Shown one piece after another: positions 8,974 to 19,029 of a stretch of DNA of 64,000 nucleotides (positions are counted from its first letter, which is position 1; each line of letters begins with the position of its first letter). The position numbers and the translations under genes were made by a program. The stretch covers positions 224,001 to 288,000 of the forward strand of contig CAXXIA010000001.1 of the NCBI GenBank assembly GCA_963666985.2, read 5' to 3'. Under the pieces are notes generated by a model that made no database searches, was not told where the DNA came from, and saw only the letters and a list, made by a program, of their open reading frames with translations. Source of the stretch: Spirochaetia bacterium (GTDB lineage: Bacteria > Spirochaetota > Spirochaetia > DSM-2461).

Positions 8974-10938
8974 ATGGGAAAATTTGATCATGTGCTGTCA
9001 CCGTTTACAATCGGCAATGTTAAGCTGAAGAACAGGATTGAGCTGGCTCCTGCCTGTTACATGCTCGCCAGTCACGACGGGTATGTTACGCGGGAAATGG
9101 TTGCCTATTACCAGAATCTGGCGCGCGGCGGCGCCGGGATTATTACCATCGGTGAGTCTCCGATCGATCTTGAGTATGCCAGCGGCCATGAATTTCAGCT
9201 GAATCTGAACGATCCCAAGGTGATTAACGGCCTGAGCGTTATAGCCGAGAACGTTCATCGCTATGGAGCCAAGCTGTCGATAGAGATGACGCATTGCGGC
9301 CGTTACGTACTGAACAACAAGCAGACCATCGGCCCGAGCAATATCCCTGCTGAGATGGAAATACTCAAGGCAAGAAGGGAAGGCCGAAAGGTGAGACAAG
9401 TGATCGAGATGGACCAGGATATGATCGACAGAGTCGTCGAGCATTATGCCATCGCGGCCCATAACTGTCAGAGAGCAGGCTTGGAAATGATTATGATTCA
9501 TGCGGCTCACGGACATCTCATCCCCCAGTTCTTATCACCGATGACCAATAAACGGACGGACCGCTACGGCGGGAGCCTCGAAAACAGGGCGAGATTTGCC
9601 GTCGAGATTCTTAATGCCATTCGGGCCAGGGTTGGAAACAAGCTGGCGATTGAATGGCGTATCAGTGCCAACGAGCTTGTACCCGACGGACTGGTTGAAG
9701 AGGATACCATCGAATTCGTAAAGCTTATTGAAGACAAAATCGATTTGCTGCATGTTTCGGCGGGTCTTTTGAATGAGTCTCGCGTTATCCCTCATATGAT
9801 TCAGCCGACATATTTCCCGCATTGCTACAATGTGCACCGTGCCGAGAAGCTGAAAAAGGCTCTGAAGATACCGGTCGCTGCGATTGGGTCCATACACGAT
9901 ATGAGCGAGGCCGAGGAGGTTGTCGCCACGGGAAAGGCCGACATCGTTGCCATGGCCAGGGCCATCCTCGTGGATCCCGAGATTGTGAATAAAGCCAGAG
10001 CGGGTCTGGAAGAAGATATACGGCCTTGCTTGCGCTGCCATAATTGCAACAAATTGACGGCTGCTTTTTATCCGATTCGCTGCGCGGTTAATCCTATTCT
10101 GGGCCGAGAGTTGACATATATCCCGCTGGGTAAAGCCGAGACGAAGAAAAAGGTTGTAATCGTCGGCGGCGGCCCCGGCGGCATGCAGGCGGCGCTGACG
10201 GCCTCCCAAAGAGGACACGATGTTGTCCTGTTTGAAAAAAACGACAAACTCGGCGGTAATCTGCTTTTGGCGGCGGGCCTTAAAATCAAGGCGGATATGA
10301 GAGAATATCTGGCTTGGCTGATCCGTCAGGCTCAAAAAGCCGAAGGTGTTCTCTTGAAGGTGGGAACGGAAGCCACCGTTGATAATGTGAAAGCCGAAAA
10401 GCCGGACGCCATTATCGTCGCGGCCGGTTCCGAACCCCTTATCCCGCGTATCCCCGGATTTGACGGTGAAAATGTCGTCTGGGTCGGTGATGTCGATGCC
10501 GGATGCGCCGCGGTCGGACAAAATGTCGTTATTGCGGGAGGCGGCGCAACGGGTGCCGAGGCGGCACTTCAACTGGCCAAGGACGGCCATAATGTAACGA
10601 TGATCGATATGCTTGATTTTGGTACGCTGACTCCCGAATACCCCAGAGGACTTTTATTCCTGCTGGAGGATTATAAGGTTGATATGCGATTTGGCGTCAA
10701 GCTTGAGGAAATTACCGAGAAAGGCGTTACGGTTCTTGATTCCAAATGGAATCGGGTTGAGATTCCGGCGGATACGGTTGTCCTCTCCTTCGGATTTAAG
10801 CCGCGTACGGCGATGGTTGAAGCGTTTATGGCTTTGGAATCGCCCGTTACAAGGGTTTACCCGGTCGGCGACTGCCTGAAACCGCAGAACATCAAGGATG
10901 CCGTCCACGGTGGGTTCAACACGGCGGTGGAAATTTAA
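8974..10938 (+). CDS. NAD(P)H:flavin oxidoreductase, OYE/enoate reductase (FadH/BaiCD-like) family with FMN, 4Fe-4S and FAD
   Basis: LKNRI..AP, HAAHGHL.QFLSP, RTDRYGGSLENRARF, CLRCHNC-x11-C, GGGPGG Rossmann; start placed at ATG 8974 after GGAG. Confidence 0.9.
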   Translation: MGKFDHVLSPFTIGNVKLKNRIELAPACYMLASHDGYVTREMVAYYQNLARGGAGIITIGESPIDLEYASGHEFQLNLNDPKVINGLSVIAENVHRYGAKLSIEMTHCGRYVLNNKQTIGPSNIPAEMEILKARREGRKVRQVIEMDQDMIDRVVEHYAIAAHNCQRAGLEMIMIHAAHGHLIPQFLSPMTNKRTDRYGGSLENRARFAVEILNAIRARVGNKLAIEWRISANELVPDGLVEEDTIEFVKLIEDKIDLLHVSAGLLNESRVIPHMIQPTYFPHCYNVHRAEKLKKALKIPVAAIGSIHDMSEAEEVVATGKADIVAMARAILVDPEIVNKARAGLEEDIRPCLRCHNCNKLTAAFYPIRCAVNPILGRELTYIPLGKAETKKKVVIVGGGPGGMQAALTASQRGHDVVLFEKNDKLGGNLLLAAGLKIKADMREYLAWLIRQAQKAEGVLLKVGTEATVDNVKAEKPDAIIVAAGSEPLIPRIPGFDGENVVWVGDVDAGCAAVGQNVVIAGGGATGAEAALQLAKDGHNVTMIDMLDFGTLTPEYPRGLLFLLEDYKVDMRFGVKLEEITEKGVTVLDSKWNRVEIPADTVVLSFGFKPRTAMVEAFMALESPVTRVYPVGDCLKPQNIKDAVHGGFNTAVEI

Positions 10939-11048
10939 CCGACAGAAAATCCTCCTGCCCGCCATCCGACGAGAGTTATTGAGCGGCTATTTACGATGAG
11001 GATTTGTGAAAAAATGACTGATATTCTGCCGTAAGTGAGGATATTAAT

Positions 11049-11543
11049 GTGGAAAACTCCGAAACGAAATACGGACGGCACATTGTGCAGTATCCCGCCG
11101 ATGTCTCGTTATGCGCGGGATGCGGGACGTGCGAAGCCGTGTGCGGCCTCATACACGAAGGCGTCACAAGTCCGTCGATAAAAAGAATTTTTTTAGTTCG
11201 CGATACGACGATGACGGAGGACATGCATAAAATTTATGCCTGTCAGCAATGTACCGACCATCCCTGCTATGATGCCTGCCCTAAAAAAGACAGCGCGATG
11301 TGTATTGACGAGGAAACGGGAGTCGTCTATGTCGATGCCGAATACTGTATCGGCTGCAAGCTGTGCTGGAAGGCCTGCCCGTTTGAGCCGAAACGCATTG
11401 CGTTTACCCTTGAAAAGCCGCGTAAGGCCCTGAAGTGCGACCTGTGCCGCGGAAGGCCGGAGGGCCCGGCCTGCGTGGAATACTGTCAGGTGCGCTGCAT
11501 CGGCCTGAGCGATCAGCCCGTACCCGGAAAGGAAGCGGAATAA
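11049..11543 (+). CDS. 4Fe-4S ferredoxin subunit (DmsB/HydN-like) of AOR1
   Basis: CAGCGTCEAVC, CQQC..HPC..AC, CIGCKLCWKACP, CDLC......PACVEYC. Confidence 0.9.
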   Translation: MENSETKYGRHIVQYPADVSLCAGCGTCEAVCGLIHEGVTSPSIKRIFLVRDTTMTEDMHKIYACQQCTDHPCYDACPKKDSAMCIDEETGVVYVDAEYCIGCKLCWKACPFEPKRIAFTLEKPRKALKCDLCRGRPEGPACVEYCQVRCIGLSDQPVPGKEAE

Positions 11544-13615
11544 TGGATCAGCTTTACGGATATGTCGGGAAAATCGCCCGTATTAATCTCACCGACGGGA
11601 AGGTGACCCATGTGCCGACCGCCGATTACGTGCCCAAATACATCGGAGGGCGCGGTGTCTGTAATAAAATTTTCTGGGACGAGGTCGGCCCGGGGGTGGG
11701 GGCCTTCGATACCGAAAACAAGCTGATTTTCATGACCGGCGCAACGACCGCAACGGGTATCCCTACCGGCGGCCGGAGCACCATGTGCTCCATTTCCCCC
11801 AATAACATGCCCGAGCAGTATTGCTGGAGCGGTATCGGCGGCTGGTTCGGCACGATGGTGAAGTTTGCCGGTTACGACGGGTTTATCATTGAAGGAAAGG
11901 CTGCGGAGCCGGCATATATTTTTATCGACGATGATAAAATCACCGTTCACCCCGCCGGAGATTTGTGGGGGATGCTGGTGCATCAGACACAGAAGAAGCT
12001 CGAGGAAATCCTCGGAGACGATATCAACAGCATCGTAATCGGGCCGGCGGGTGAACATCTTGTGCGTAATTCCAGCATCACGACGAGTAACGACAGCGTC
12101 GCCGCCAAAGCGGGTTTCGGTGCCGTATTCGGATCGAAGAATCTCAAAGCCGTCTCCGTGAGGGGTACGGGGCAGGTTAGGGCCGGCAACGTCGAGAAAA
12201 TCCTGAAACTGCATAAAACGATGGGCAAACCGATCGGCAAGTTGAATCCGATCCAATACAAGGATTCGTTCACGCCGAGGCCCCATATTAATTTCCCTGT
12301 GCCCGGCGGCGTTAAGCAAGGCCAAGTGGCATGCAGCTACGGCTGCAATCAGCATTGCAATCTGATTCTTCTGGACGTGAAGGCGGGTATCGGCGGCAAT
12401 GAAAAAGGACGAACCAATGTCGTCAACAAGTGCGTGGGCATCTATGCGTACAAGATGATGGAAGACAGCGGATGGACACCGCAGATGTCCTACAATACGC
12501 CGCAAAACGATTATTCCGGCTGCCGATTCATATCCGGGGACGGTTTCACACCGGACAAGACCGACCCGGCCTTGCAGCAAGGTTATATGGAGCGCCATCT
12601 CGGCGACATCGTCAACTACTGGGACGGCGACTATGACCGGGGCAACGTTATCAACGATCTGTGCACCCAATATGGAATCGATCGTTGGGATGTTGTCGTT
12701 TGGTATATGTCCTGGCTGGCTATGGGGAAAAAGGAAGGCGTCCTGGACGATATCGACTTTGGACTCGGTATGGAGATTGATCCGTCCTCCGAAGAGTTCA
12801 TGAAGCGCTTTTTGGAAATGGTTGTTTACCGCAGGGGGTATTACGGCAACATTTTTGCCGAGGGAATGGCGCGGGCCATACGGACTCTCGGCATGGAGAA
12901 ATACGGCAAGACGATCTATAACGGCCGCATATCCCAGCGGACCGGCAACAAGCAGATGATTCCGATCAGTCTGGAATCGGCCTGGGGGCATTGCTGTCAC
13001 TGGGCCGGGCGCGGTTTTCAGGGTGCCAACGATATTACCTGCTGGCTGCCGATTGCCATGGAGCTGATGACTTCGACACGAGACGCGCAGACGAACACGC
13101 ATCATCATGATTCCTTTGAATATTACCTCGAGGTTAAAAATGACCCTTGCCACAATCCTCGGGTGGCCTCCTCGACGATTTTTAACGAGCATTGCGCCGA
13201 GTTGAAGGAATCGCTCATGAGCTGTGAATTCCAGCTGCCGCAGGTTTTTGATGCGGATATTGAAAGCGAGATGTACGAGGCCGCGACGGGAATAAAGCTG
13301 ACTCATGACGAGATTTATCAGGCGGCCGAACGCAACAAAAATCTCTTCCGCGCCATTTTGATCCGTAACTACGGACGAACGAGAGACCTGGAGGTAGGCC
13401 AGGTTTATCCGATCCTTACATATCCCGACGCCGACGGCCGGACCGTTTCGTGGGAGGATTTCAACGATCTGGTCGACATGTATTACGAGCAGAGAGGCTG
13501 GGACAAGAAGACCGGCTGGCCGACGCGCGAAACATACGAAAAACTGGGACTTAAAGACGTGGCCGACGAGCTGGAGTCCATCGGCAGGCTGCCCGACGAC
13601 CGGGATAAGGCATGA
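11543..13615 (+). CDS. Aldehyde:ferredoxin oxidoreductase (AOR) family W/Mo-bis-MPT enzyme, copy 1
   Basis: GYVGKIARINL, YIGGRG, KFAGYDG, IGPAGE, GAVFGSKNLKA, YYEQRGWD...GWP; ATG overlaps the upstream TAA. Confidence 0.9.
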   Translation: MDQLYGYVGKIARINLTDGKVTHVPTADYVPKYIGGRGVCNKIFWDEVGPGVGAFDTENKLIFMTGATTATGIPTGGRSTMCSISPNNMPEQYCWSGIGGWFGTMVKFAGYDGFIIEGKAAEPAYIFIDDDKITVHPAGDLWGMLVHQTQKKLEEILGDDINSIVIGPAGEHLVRNSSITTSNDSVAAKAGFGAVFGSKNLKAVSVRGTGQVRAGNVEKILKLHKTMGKPIGKLNPIQYKDSFTPRPHINFPVPGGVKQGQVACSYGCNQHCNLILLDVKAGIGGNEKGRTNVVNKCVGIYAYKMMEDSGWTPQMSYNTPQNDYSGCRFISGDGFTPDKTDPALQQGYMERHLGDIVNYWDGDYDRGNVINDLCTQYGIDRWDVVVWYMSWLAMGKKEGVLDDIDFGLGMEIDPSSEEFMKRFLEMVVYRRGYYGNIFAEGMARAIRTLGMEKYGKTIYNGRISQRTGNKQMIPISLESAWGHCCHWAGRGFQGANDITCWLPIAMELMTSTRDAQTNTHHHDSFEYYLEVKNDPCHNPRVASSTIFNEHCAELKESLMSCEFQLPQVFDADIESEMYEAATGIKLTHDEIYQAAERNKNLFRAILIRNYGRTRDLEVGQVYPILTYPDADGRTVSWEDFNDLVDMYYEQRGWDKKTGWPTRETYEKLGLKDVADELESIGRLPDDRDKA

Positions 13616-14979
13616 GCGCCGATACAAAATTATTACTGGAACTCGGCAGGCGGCTGGAATTCATCCGCTATAGCCGATTGCCCCAAAAAACCGTCGACAA
13701 AGCGAAGATTGCCGTATTGAACTTCTTCGGCGGTTGCCTTGCCGGTGCAAGAGATTCATTGGTGCTGGCTGAAAAGGCCCTCTGGAAAAGCCAGAACTGC
13801 GGCGGCGACTGCGTCATACTGGGCAGCCGAGAGAGGATGTCTCCCTTGGCTGCGGCATCCGTCAACGCGCTCATGGGGCAGATTTTCCTTCTGGAGGACT
13901 GCCATGAAAACACAATCAGCCACCCCGGTGTTGTTGTTATTCCCATTGCCCTGGCGCTGGGGCAGAGCCTGAAGACCGACGGTCGTCGGGTTATCGAAGC
14001 GATCGTCGCGGGTTACGAGGGATTGGGACGAATCGGCTCCGTCCTGATCGCGCCGGGCTTCCCGGATTATGGCCTGCGCCCGGCCAGTACAATGGCGCCC
14101 TTTGGAGGCGCGGCCGCGGCGGCAAAGATGATGAATTTGCCGGCCGAAGGTTTCGCAGGCGCCTTGTCGATTGCCGGCAACACGGCGTCCGGAGTTATGG
14201 AATTTGTCAATGCCGGGACGCCTGATATCTGTATCCAAAATTGCTTTGCCGCCCAAAATTCCATGAAGGCGGCGATGCTGGCCGCAAACGGTATTGAAGC
14301 GTCTCCGGCGATATTGGACGGCCGATTCGGCCTGGGCCGGGCCCTAAACAGGCGGGACCTTGACTGGAGCCGTGCATTGGAAGAGCGGCCTGATTTTATG
14401 ATCGATGAATCGTTCATTAAGCGCTTCCCCGGCTGCGGCCATGTATTGGCGACGGCTCAAGCCTCATCGTCACTGGTCGGCCGTTATAAGATTAATCCCG
14501 ATGCTGTGGAGAAGGTGACCGTTTGGGTTCCCAGACATCGAAAGGAATTCCCGGGCGTGGATAATCCAGGGCCGTATTCCGGCACGATATCCGCGATGAT
14601 GAGCCACCAGTTCATGGCTGCCTCGGCCCTCGTTTTCGGGGAAATCAGCGTAAGCACTGTAAAAAAGTATCATCATCCCGAAATTACCCGGATGGCTCAA
14701 AGAGTTTTTATCGAGATCGATGAAGCTTCTCCTGATGGAGAGGGTGGACATGAAGCGGGTTCAAGACTTGAACTCCGGCTTAATAACGGAGAAACGTTCA
14801 CTGATTTTCAGGAGGACCAGCTACCGATGAATGCCGAAGAGGTCATCGTGCGCTTCAAGAAACATGCCGAAAGTTTTATGAAAGAAAATCAGGCTGACGA
14901 GGTTGTCGATAAAACGCTGAATCTTGATTCCCTGGAATCGGTCGGGAGTTTAATGAATCTTTTAGAGGCTGAAAATTAG
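13612..14979 (+). CDS. MmgE/PrpD family protein, copy 1 (divergent active site)
   Basis: AASVNA....LEDCH..TISHPG; AIVAGYE; KRFPGC. Confidence 0.85.
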   Translation: MSADTKLLLELGRRLEFIRYSRLPQKTVDKAKIAVLNFFGGCLAGARDSLVLAEKALWKSQNCGGDCVILGSRERMSPLAAASVNALMGQIFLLEDCHENTISHPGVVVIPIALALGQSLKTDGRRVIEAIVAGYEGLGRIGSVLIAPGFPDYGLRPASTMAPFGGAAAAAKMMNLPAEGFAGALSIAGNTASGVMEFVNAGTPDICIQNCFAAQNSMKAAMLAANGIEASPAILDGRFGLGRALNRRDLDWSRALEERPDFMIDESFIKRFPGCGHVLATAQASSSLVGRYKINPDAVEKVTVWVPRHRKEFPGVDNPGPYSGTISAMMSHQFMAASALVFGEISVSTVKKYHHPEITRMAQRVFIEIDEASPDGEGGHEAGSRLELRLNNGETFTDFQEDQLPMNAEEVIVRFKKHAESFMKENQADEVVDKTLNLDSLESVGSLMNLLEAEN

Positions 14980-15032
14980 CGCTGCATAGCAGGCAAAGAT
15001 TTACGCACAAATCATATTTTGGAGATATAAAA

Positions 15033-15821
15033 ATGGACAGACTTAAAGGTAAAATCGCGATTATAACGGGTGCCGGTTCCGGCATGGGAAAAGCGACGGC
15101 GATCAAATTTGCGCAGGAAGGCGCGAAGGTTGTTGTTGCCGACATTGCAGGCGACAAAGCGGAGACCGTAGCCGCCGAAATACGTGCGGCCGGAGGGCAG
15201 GCCGTGGCCTGCCAAGCCGATATTTCTAAAAGTGAGGACTGCCGGAAGATGGTCAACGAGGCCGTTAAGGCTTTCGGCGGCCTGAATGTTTTGTACAACA
15301 ACGCAGCCTTGCCCCAGAAGGAAATCGAGTTTCAAAACTGCTCGGATGAAGAGTTTGAGCGCATTATGCGTGTTAACGTCCAGGGTGCGTTTATGGCATG
15401 CAAGGCGGCATATCCTCACTTTGTAAAAGCCGGCGGCGGGGCTTTTCTTGCAACGGCTTCCCTCGGCGCGATCATGCCGCGCGGCAAGAGCATCGCGTAT
15501 TCTCCTTCGAAGGCGGCAGTTATCTGTATGTATAAGGTGCTTGCCAGCGAGCTGGCCGGGGACAATATTCGTGCCAACGTGATTCTGCCTGGCCCGACAT
15601 CAAGTCCCATGCTCAAGCAGTTCATGGCAGGTGACCGCGCGTCGATGTCGGATAAGGATATCGCCGATGTCGTCAGTGCTTCGATGCCGTTCGGCAGCTG
15701 CGTCGAACCGACGGATATTGCCGATGCCGCCGTATTCCTCGCTTCCGATGAGGCCAGGATGATTACCGGAGAGACCCTCCTTGTGGACGGCGGACGCAGT
15801 GTTGCCCGCGGCAGGGACTGA
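15033..15821 (+). CDS. SDR family oxidoreductase, copy 1
   Basis: TGAGSGMG, NNAA, YSPSK, ITGETLLVDGG. Confidence 0.95.
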   Translation: MDRLKGKIAIITGAGSGMGKATAIKFAQEGAKVVVADIAGDKAETVAAEIRAAGGQAVACQADISKSEDCRKMVNEAVKAFGGLNVLYNNAALPQKEIEFQNCSDEEFERIMRVNVQGAFMACKAAYPHFVKAGGGAFLATASLGAIMPRGKSIAYSPSKAAVICMYKVLASELAGDNIRANVILPGPTSSPMLKQFMAGDRASMSDKDIADVVSASMPFGSCVEPTDIADAAVFLASDEARMITGETLLVDGGRSVARGRD

Positions 15822-15842
15822 CATATAGGCCTCGTAAACTTT

Positions 15843-15883
15843 AAAAGCCGCCGCGGACTGAAAAGGTTTGTGGCGGCTTTTTT
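15843..15883 (+). terminator. Bidirectional intrinsic terminator between SDR1 and lacI
   Basis: AAAAGCCGCCGC / GTGGCGGCTTTTTT. Confidence 0.8.
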
Positions 15884-16033
15884 ATATGATTGTTAAAGAA
15901 AAACAAGGCTTTGCCGTGAATGAATGAGCCCTTCACGGATTTTACCGCAAAGTGACACGACGATGTCCCTATCGGCGTTAGTGAAAGCCGCAATGGTAAG
16001 AATCTCGGGCAAGCCCCGGGAACTTATATGAAA

Positions 16034-17029
16034 TTAGGTGCTTTCGCGGATAACAAGTTCCGGTGTAACGGATAAAAGTTTTGTCGTCTCCTTTTTTTCC
16101 AAAACCGTCTGGAGCAGCTTGACCGAAAGGCTTCCCATGATATCCGTTTTATTGTCGACGGTAGTCAGCTGCGGATCACAGCAGATGGAAGAAGAGGTGT
16201 TGTTGTAGCCGATAATGGCGACATCTTCGGGAACCTTGTACCCCGCCTTTTTTAATGCGAACAATCCGCCCGCCGCCGTGATATCGTCGCCGAAAATAAT
16301 CGCGGAGAAGCTTTTGCCGGCGGCAATGATTTCCTTTACTGCCGCCAAACCGCCTTCAAAGCTGCGGTAGGTGTTGAAGATGGATTTTTCGTCCACAGGC
16401 AGTCCCAAAAGGTTCATGGCTTCGCGGAAGGCCTGCTTTTTTCGTTCGCCGCTGTACGTATCCGCGTCTTTAATATAAAGAATATTACTGTGACCTTTTT
16501 CCTTAAGATGTTCGACGCACAGTCTTACTCCGTGTGTTTCGTCTATAACGACCGAATACGTATTATTGGCCGGTATCTGGCAGTGGCTGAGTATGAATGG
16601 AATGTTTGAGAATTCGGAAAGCATAATCGTTTCCTGAAGCGTGTTCTTGAAAACGGAACCGATGCAGATGATACCGCAGACGCCAAGGTTGATCAGCATA
16701 TGCAGATATTCTTTGTTTTTTTCTATACTGCCGCCGGTATTGCATAAGATGGAGCTGTAACCGATTTGAAAGAGCTCACGCTCCATGGCGGCGGCCGTTC
16801 TTGTATAGTTGGGCGCCGTAATGTCTGTTGCCAGTATACCGATCGTTTTCGTGTGCTTTAGGACAAGGCCCCTTGCGATCGCGCTGGGACGGTAGCCGAG
16901 CTGACTGATGGCATCCTGAACTTTTTGTCGGGTTTCGGGTGAAACCCTGATTTTATTGTTAAGCACACGAGATACGGTGGCCGTTGAAACGTTTGCGATG
17001 CGGGCCACATCATAAATATTGATCTTCAT
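16034..17029 (-). CDS. LacI family (CcpA-like) transcriptional regulator
   Basis: NIYDVARIANVSTATVSRVLN HTH, YRPSAIARGL hinge, VPEDVAIIGYN, PQLTTV. Confidence 0.95.
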   Translation of the reverse strand: MKINIYDVARIANVSTATVSRVLNNKIRVSPETRQKVQDAISQLGYRPSAIARGLVLKHTKTIGILATDITAPNYTRTAAAMERELFQIGYSSILCNTGGSIEKNKEYLHMLINLGVCGIICIGSVFKNTLQETIMLSEFSNIPFILSHCQIPANNTYSVVIDETHGVRLCVEHLKEKGHSNILYIKDADTYSGERKKQAFREAMNLLGLPVDEKSIFNTYRSFEGGLAAVKEIIAAGKSFSAIIFGDDITAAGGLFALKKAGYKVPEDVAIIGYNNTSSSICCDPQLTTVDNKTDIMGSLSVKLLQTVLEKKETTKLLSVTPELVIREST

Positions 17030-17378
17030 TGAAAAATCACCACTGTTTTTTAGTTTGAGTTATATTCAGATATTGTACAGCCGCATCGGGATAATGCCGT
17101 TCAAAACATAAATAGACACATTATATCTTTATATGAGCAGAGGGCTTTCTGTCAACATTGCGTTGAGGCATTTCGTCACCCCCCATTTTTTTATGCCCAA
17201 AAATCGTAAGACATCATTGTACGGACAATCCCGGTTTCCTGGCCGTGTAACTTTCAAACGCTTTGCCGTCAATCGCCAAATCCTATCCAATTCCATCGCG
17301 GATCGCGAATCCATATTACGTGGTTTTTTGATTTTTTTCTGTATTCATTGCCACTGATTTGGATGCCGAGAAGCTTTC

Positions 17379-17458
17379 ATGTAACAATTGATTGACATGT
17401 TTTCAGAATAAGGGTAATTTTATGAAACAAAGAGGAAACGCTTACATAATAATATCAT
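17379..17458 (+). promoter_or_regulatory. Promoter/operator of the large prpD2...OYE2 operon
   Basis: ATGTAACAATTGATTGACAT (TTGACA 17392-17397)-17 bp-TAATTT; operator GAGGAAACGCTTACAT-AATAA-TATCAT at 17432-17458. Confidence 0.8.
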
Positions 17459-17547
17459 TTCATGTCAAAGAGGCTGCGTCGCGGCCGCATTGTTTTTGCA
17501 TAAATTGAGATCCGTAAAAAAATAATTCTATGAGGAAGACAAAAAAG

Positions 17548-18978
17548 ATGAGTCAACAAGCGAAGGAAACCGTGAATAAGAAACCGATAGCCGAGCAGAT
17601 TGCCGAGATTAGCGTCAATCTGAAGCTGGAGGACATTGACCGGAGAACCTTAGATAATGCGAAGATTTTTTTGCTGGACTGCCTGGGCTGTATCCTTTCC
17701 GGAAGTCAGGTTAATTCGGCCTTGTCGGTAAGAGCGGCCGGAAGCGAAATCGACGGTGACGGCGAGTGTACCATCATCGGGACAAACGGAAAAACAAATC
17801 CGATGCTGGCGGCCTTGATCAACGGAACGACGGGTCATAGTCAGGATTATGACGATGATCACCGTGAGGGTACGCAGCACTCTTCGGTCGCGGTTCTTCC
17901 GGGGGTGCTGGCTCTGGCTGAAAAATATGGGAAGAGCGGAAAAGAGACGCTTTTAGCCTATATTATCGGCTCCGATATGACGATTCGAGCCGGCGAGGCC
18001 TTTAACGGAACGTCGTATTACGCGGGCTGGCATCTGACCGGAACATGCGGCGTTTTCGGTTCGGCGGCCGGCGCGGCCAAAATCATGGGCCTCAACGTTG
18101 AGCAGACGGTCAACGCGCTGGGCGTGGCCGGCAGCACATCGGCCGGTCTGGGGGAATTCAACTCCTGCGGTGCATGGACAAAGCGTTTTCATGCCGGACG
18201 GGCATCCATGGACGGCGTTATGGCGGCTTACATGGGCAAAAATAACTATTTCGGCCCGCCGACGGTCTTTGAAGGTGACGAAGGCTTCCTTGTGTGTTTC
18301 TCGTTTAAGGGCACGGAGGAACATCCGGATCCGAACGGCGACTATAATGCCGATAAACTGATACGGAACTTCGGTAAAAAATGGGAGATGGCGGACAACA
18401 GCATAAAGCTGCACTCCTGCTGCCGTTTTACAAACAACTTCTGTGACTGTGCCATCGACATCAAAAATCAGGGCTGCGACATATCGAAAATTAAATCCAT
18501 TCATGCCGAATGTAATAAATTCACCGATACGAAACTGTGTCGGCCCACGGATGTTAAGCGACATCCTGTCAACATCGTCAACGCGCAGTTCTCACTGTTT
18601 TACGAAATTGCCTGTGGGCTCGTTAAAGGCCGCGTGCTTCCTGAATCATTCACTGAAGAAGCAATCAAGGACAAGGAAATCAATCGTCTGTGCGATCTGA
18701 TTACCTGGGAGATCAACCCCGATTTTGAGGCCGTTTACCCCGAAAAGTATCCGGCCCGTGTAACGGTGACGATGGAAGACGGCTCCACATATGTCGGCGA
18801 GGTGGAGTATCCCAAGGGCGATCCCGAGTACCCCGCAACCCGTGAAGAGGTTGTTGAGAAATTTCGCAACAACGCCGCCAATACAATCGGCAGCGTGAAG
18901 GCCGAGCGCATCATTAAACTCGTGGATAAATTTGAAACGCTTCCCAATCTCGACGAGCTGTTTGAGTGCTTAAAATAA
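17548..18978 (+). CDS. MmgE/PrpD family protein, copy 2
   Basis: HSQDYDDDH....HSS, GWH, KRFHAG, KLHSCC, PKGDPEYP; start 17548 (or 17530). Confidence 0.9.
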   Translation: MSQQAKETVNKKPIAEQIAEISVNLKLEDIDRRTLDNAKIFLLDCLGCILSGSQVNSALSVRAAGSEIDGDGECTIIGTNGKTNPMLAALINGTTGHSQDYDDDHREGTQHSSVAVLPGVLALAEKYGKSGKETLLAYIIGSDMTIRAGEAFNGTSYYAGWHLTGTCGVFGSAAGAAKIMGLNVEQTVNALGVAGSTSAGLGEFNSCGAWTKRFHAGRASMDGVMAAYMGKNNYFGPPTVFEGDEGFLVCFSFKGTEEHPDPNGDYNADKLIRNFGKKWEMADNSIKLHSCCRFTNNFCDCAIDIKNQGCDISKIKSIHAECNKFTDTKLCRPTDVKRHPVNIVNAQFSLFYEIACGLVKGRVLPESFTEEAIKDKEINRLCDLITWEINPDFEAVYPEKYPARVTVTMEDGSTYVGEVEYPKGDPEYPATREEVVEKFRNNAANTIGSVKAERIIKLVDKFETLPNLDELFECLK

Positions 18979-19029
18979 TCTGAGTTCGGTATTTCGGTTT
19001 GTAATGTTATCAATATGGAGGCGGTTGGC

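Noticed and set aside
11513..13627. 704-aa antisense ORF opposite AOR1, and many similar shadow ORFs such as 9535-10590
   Set aside because: They mirror well-supported sense genes and have no recognisable motifs; expected from codon bias
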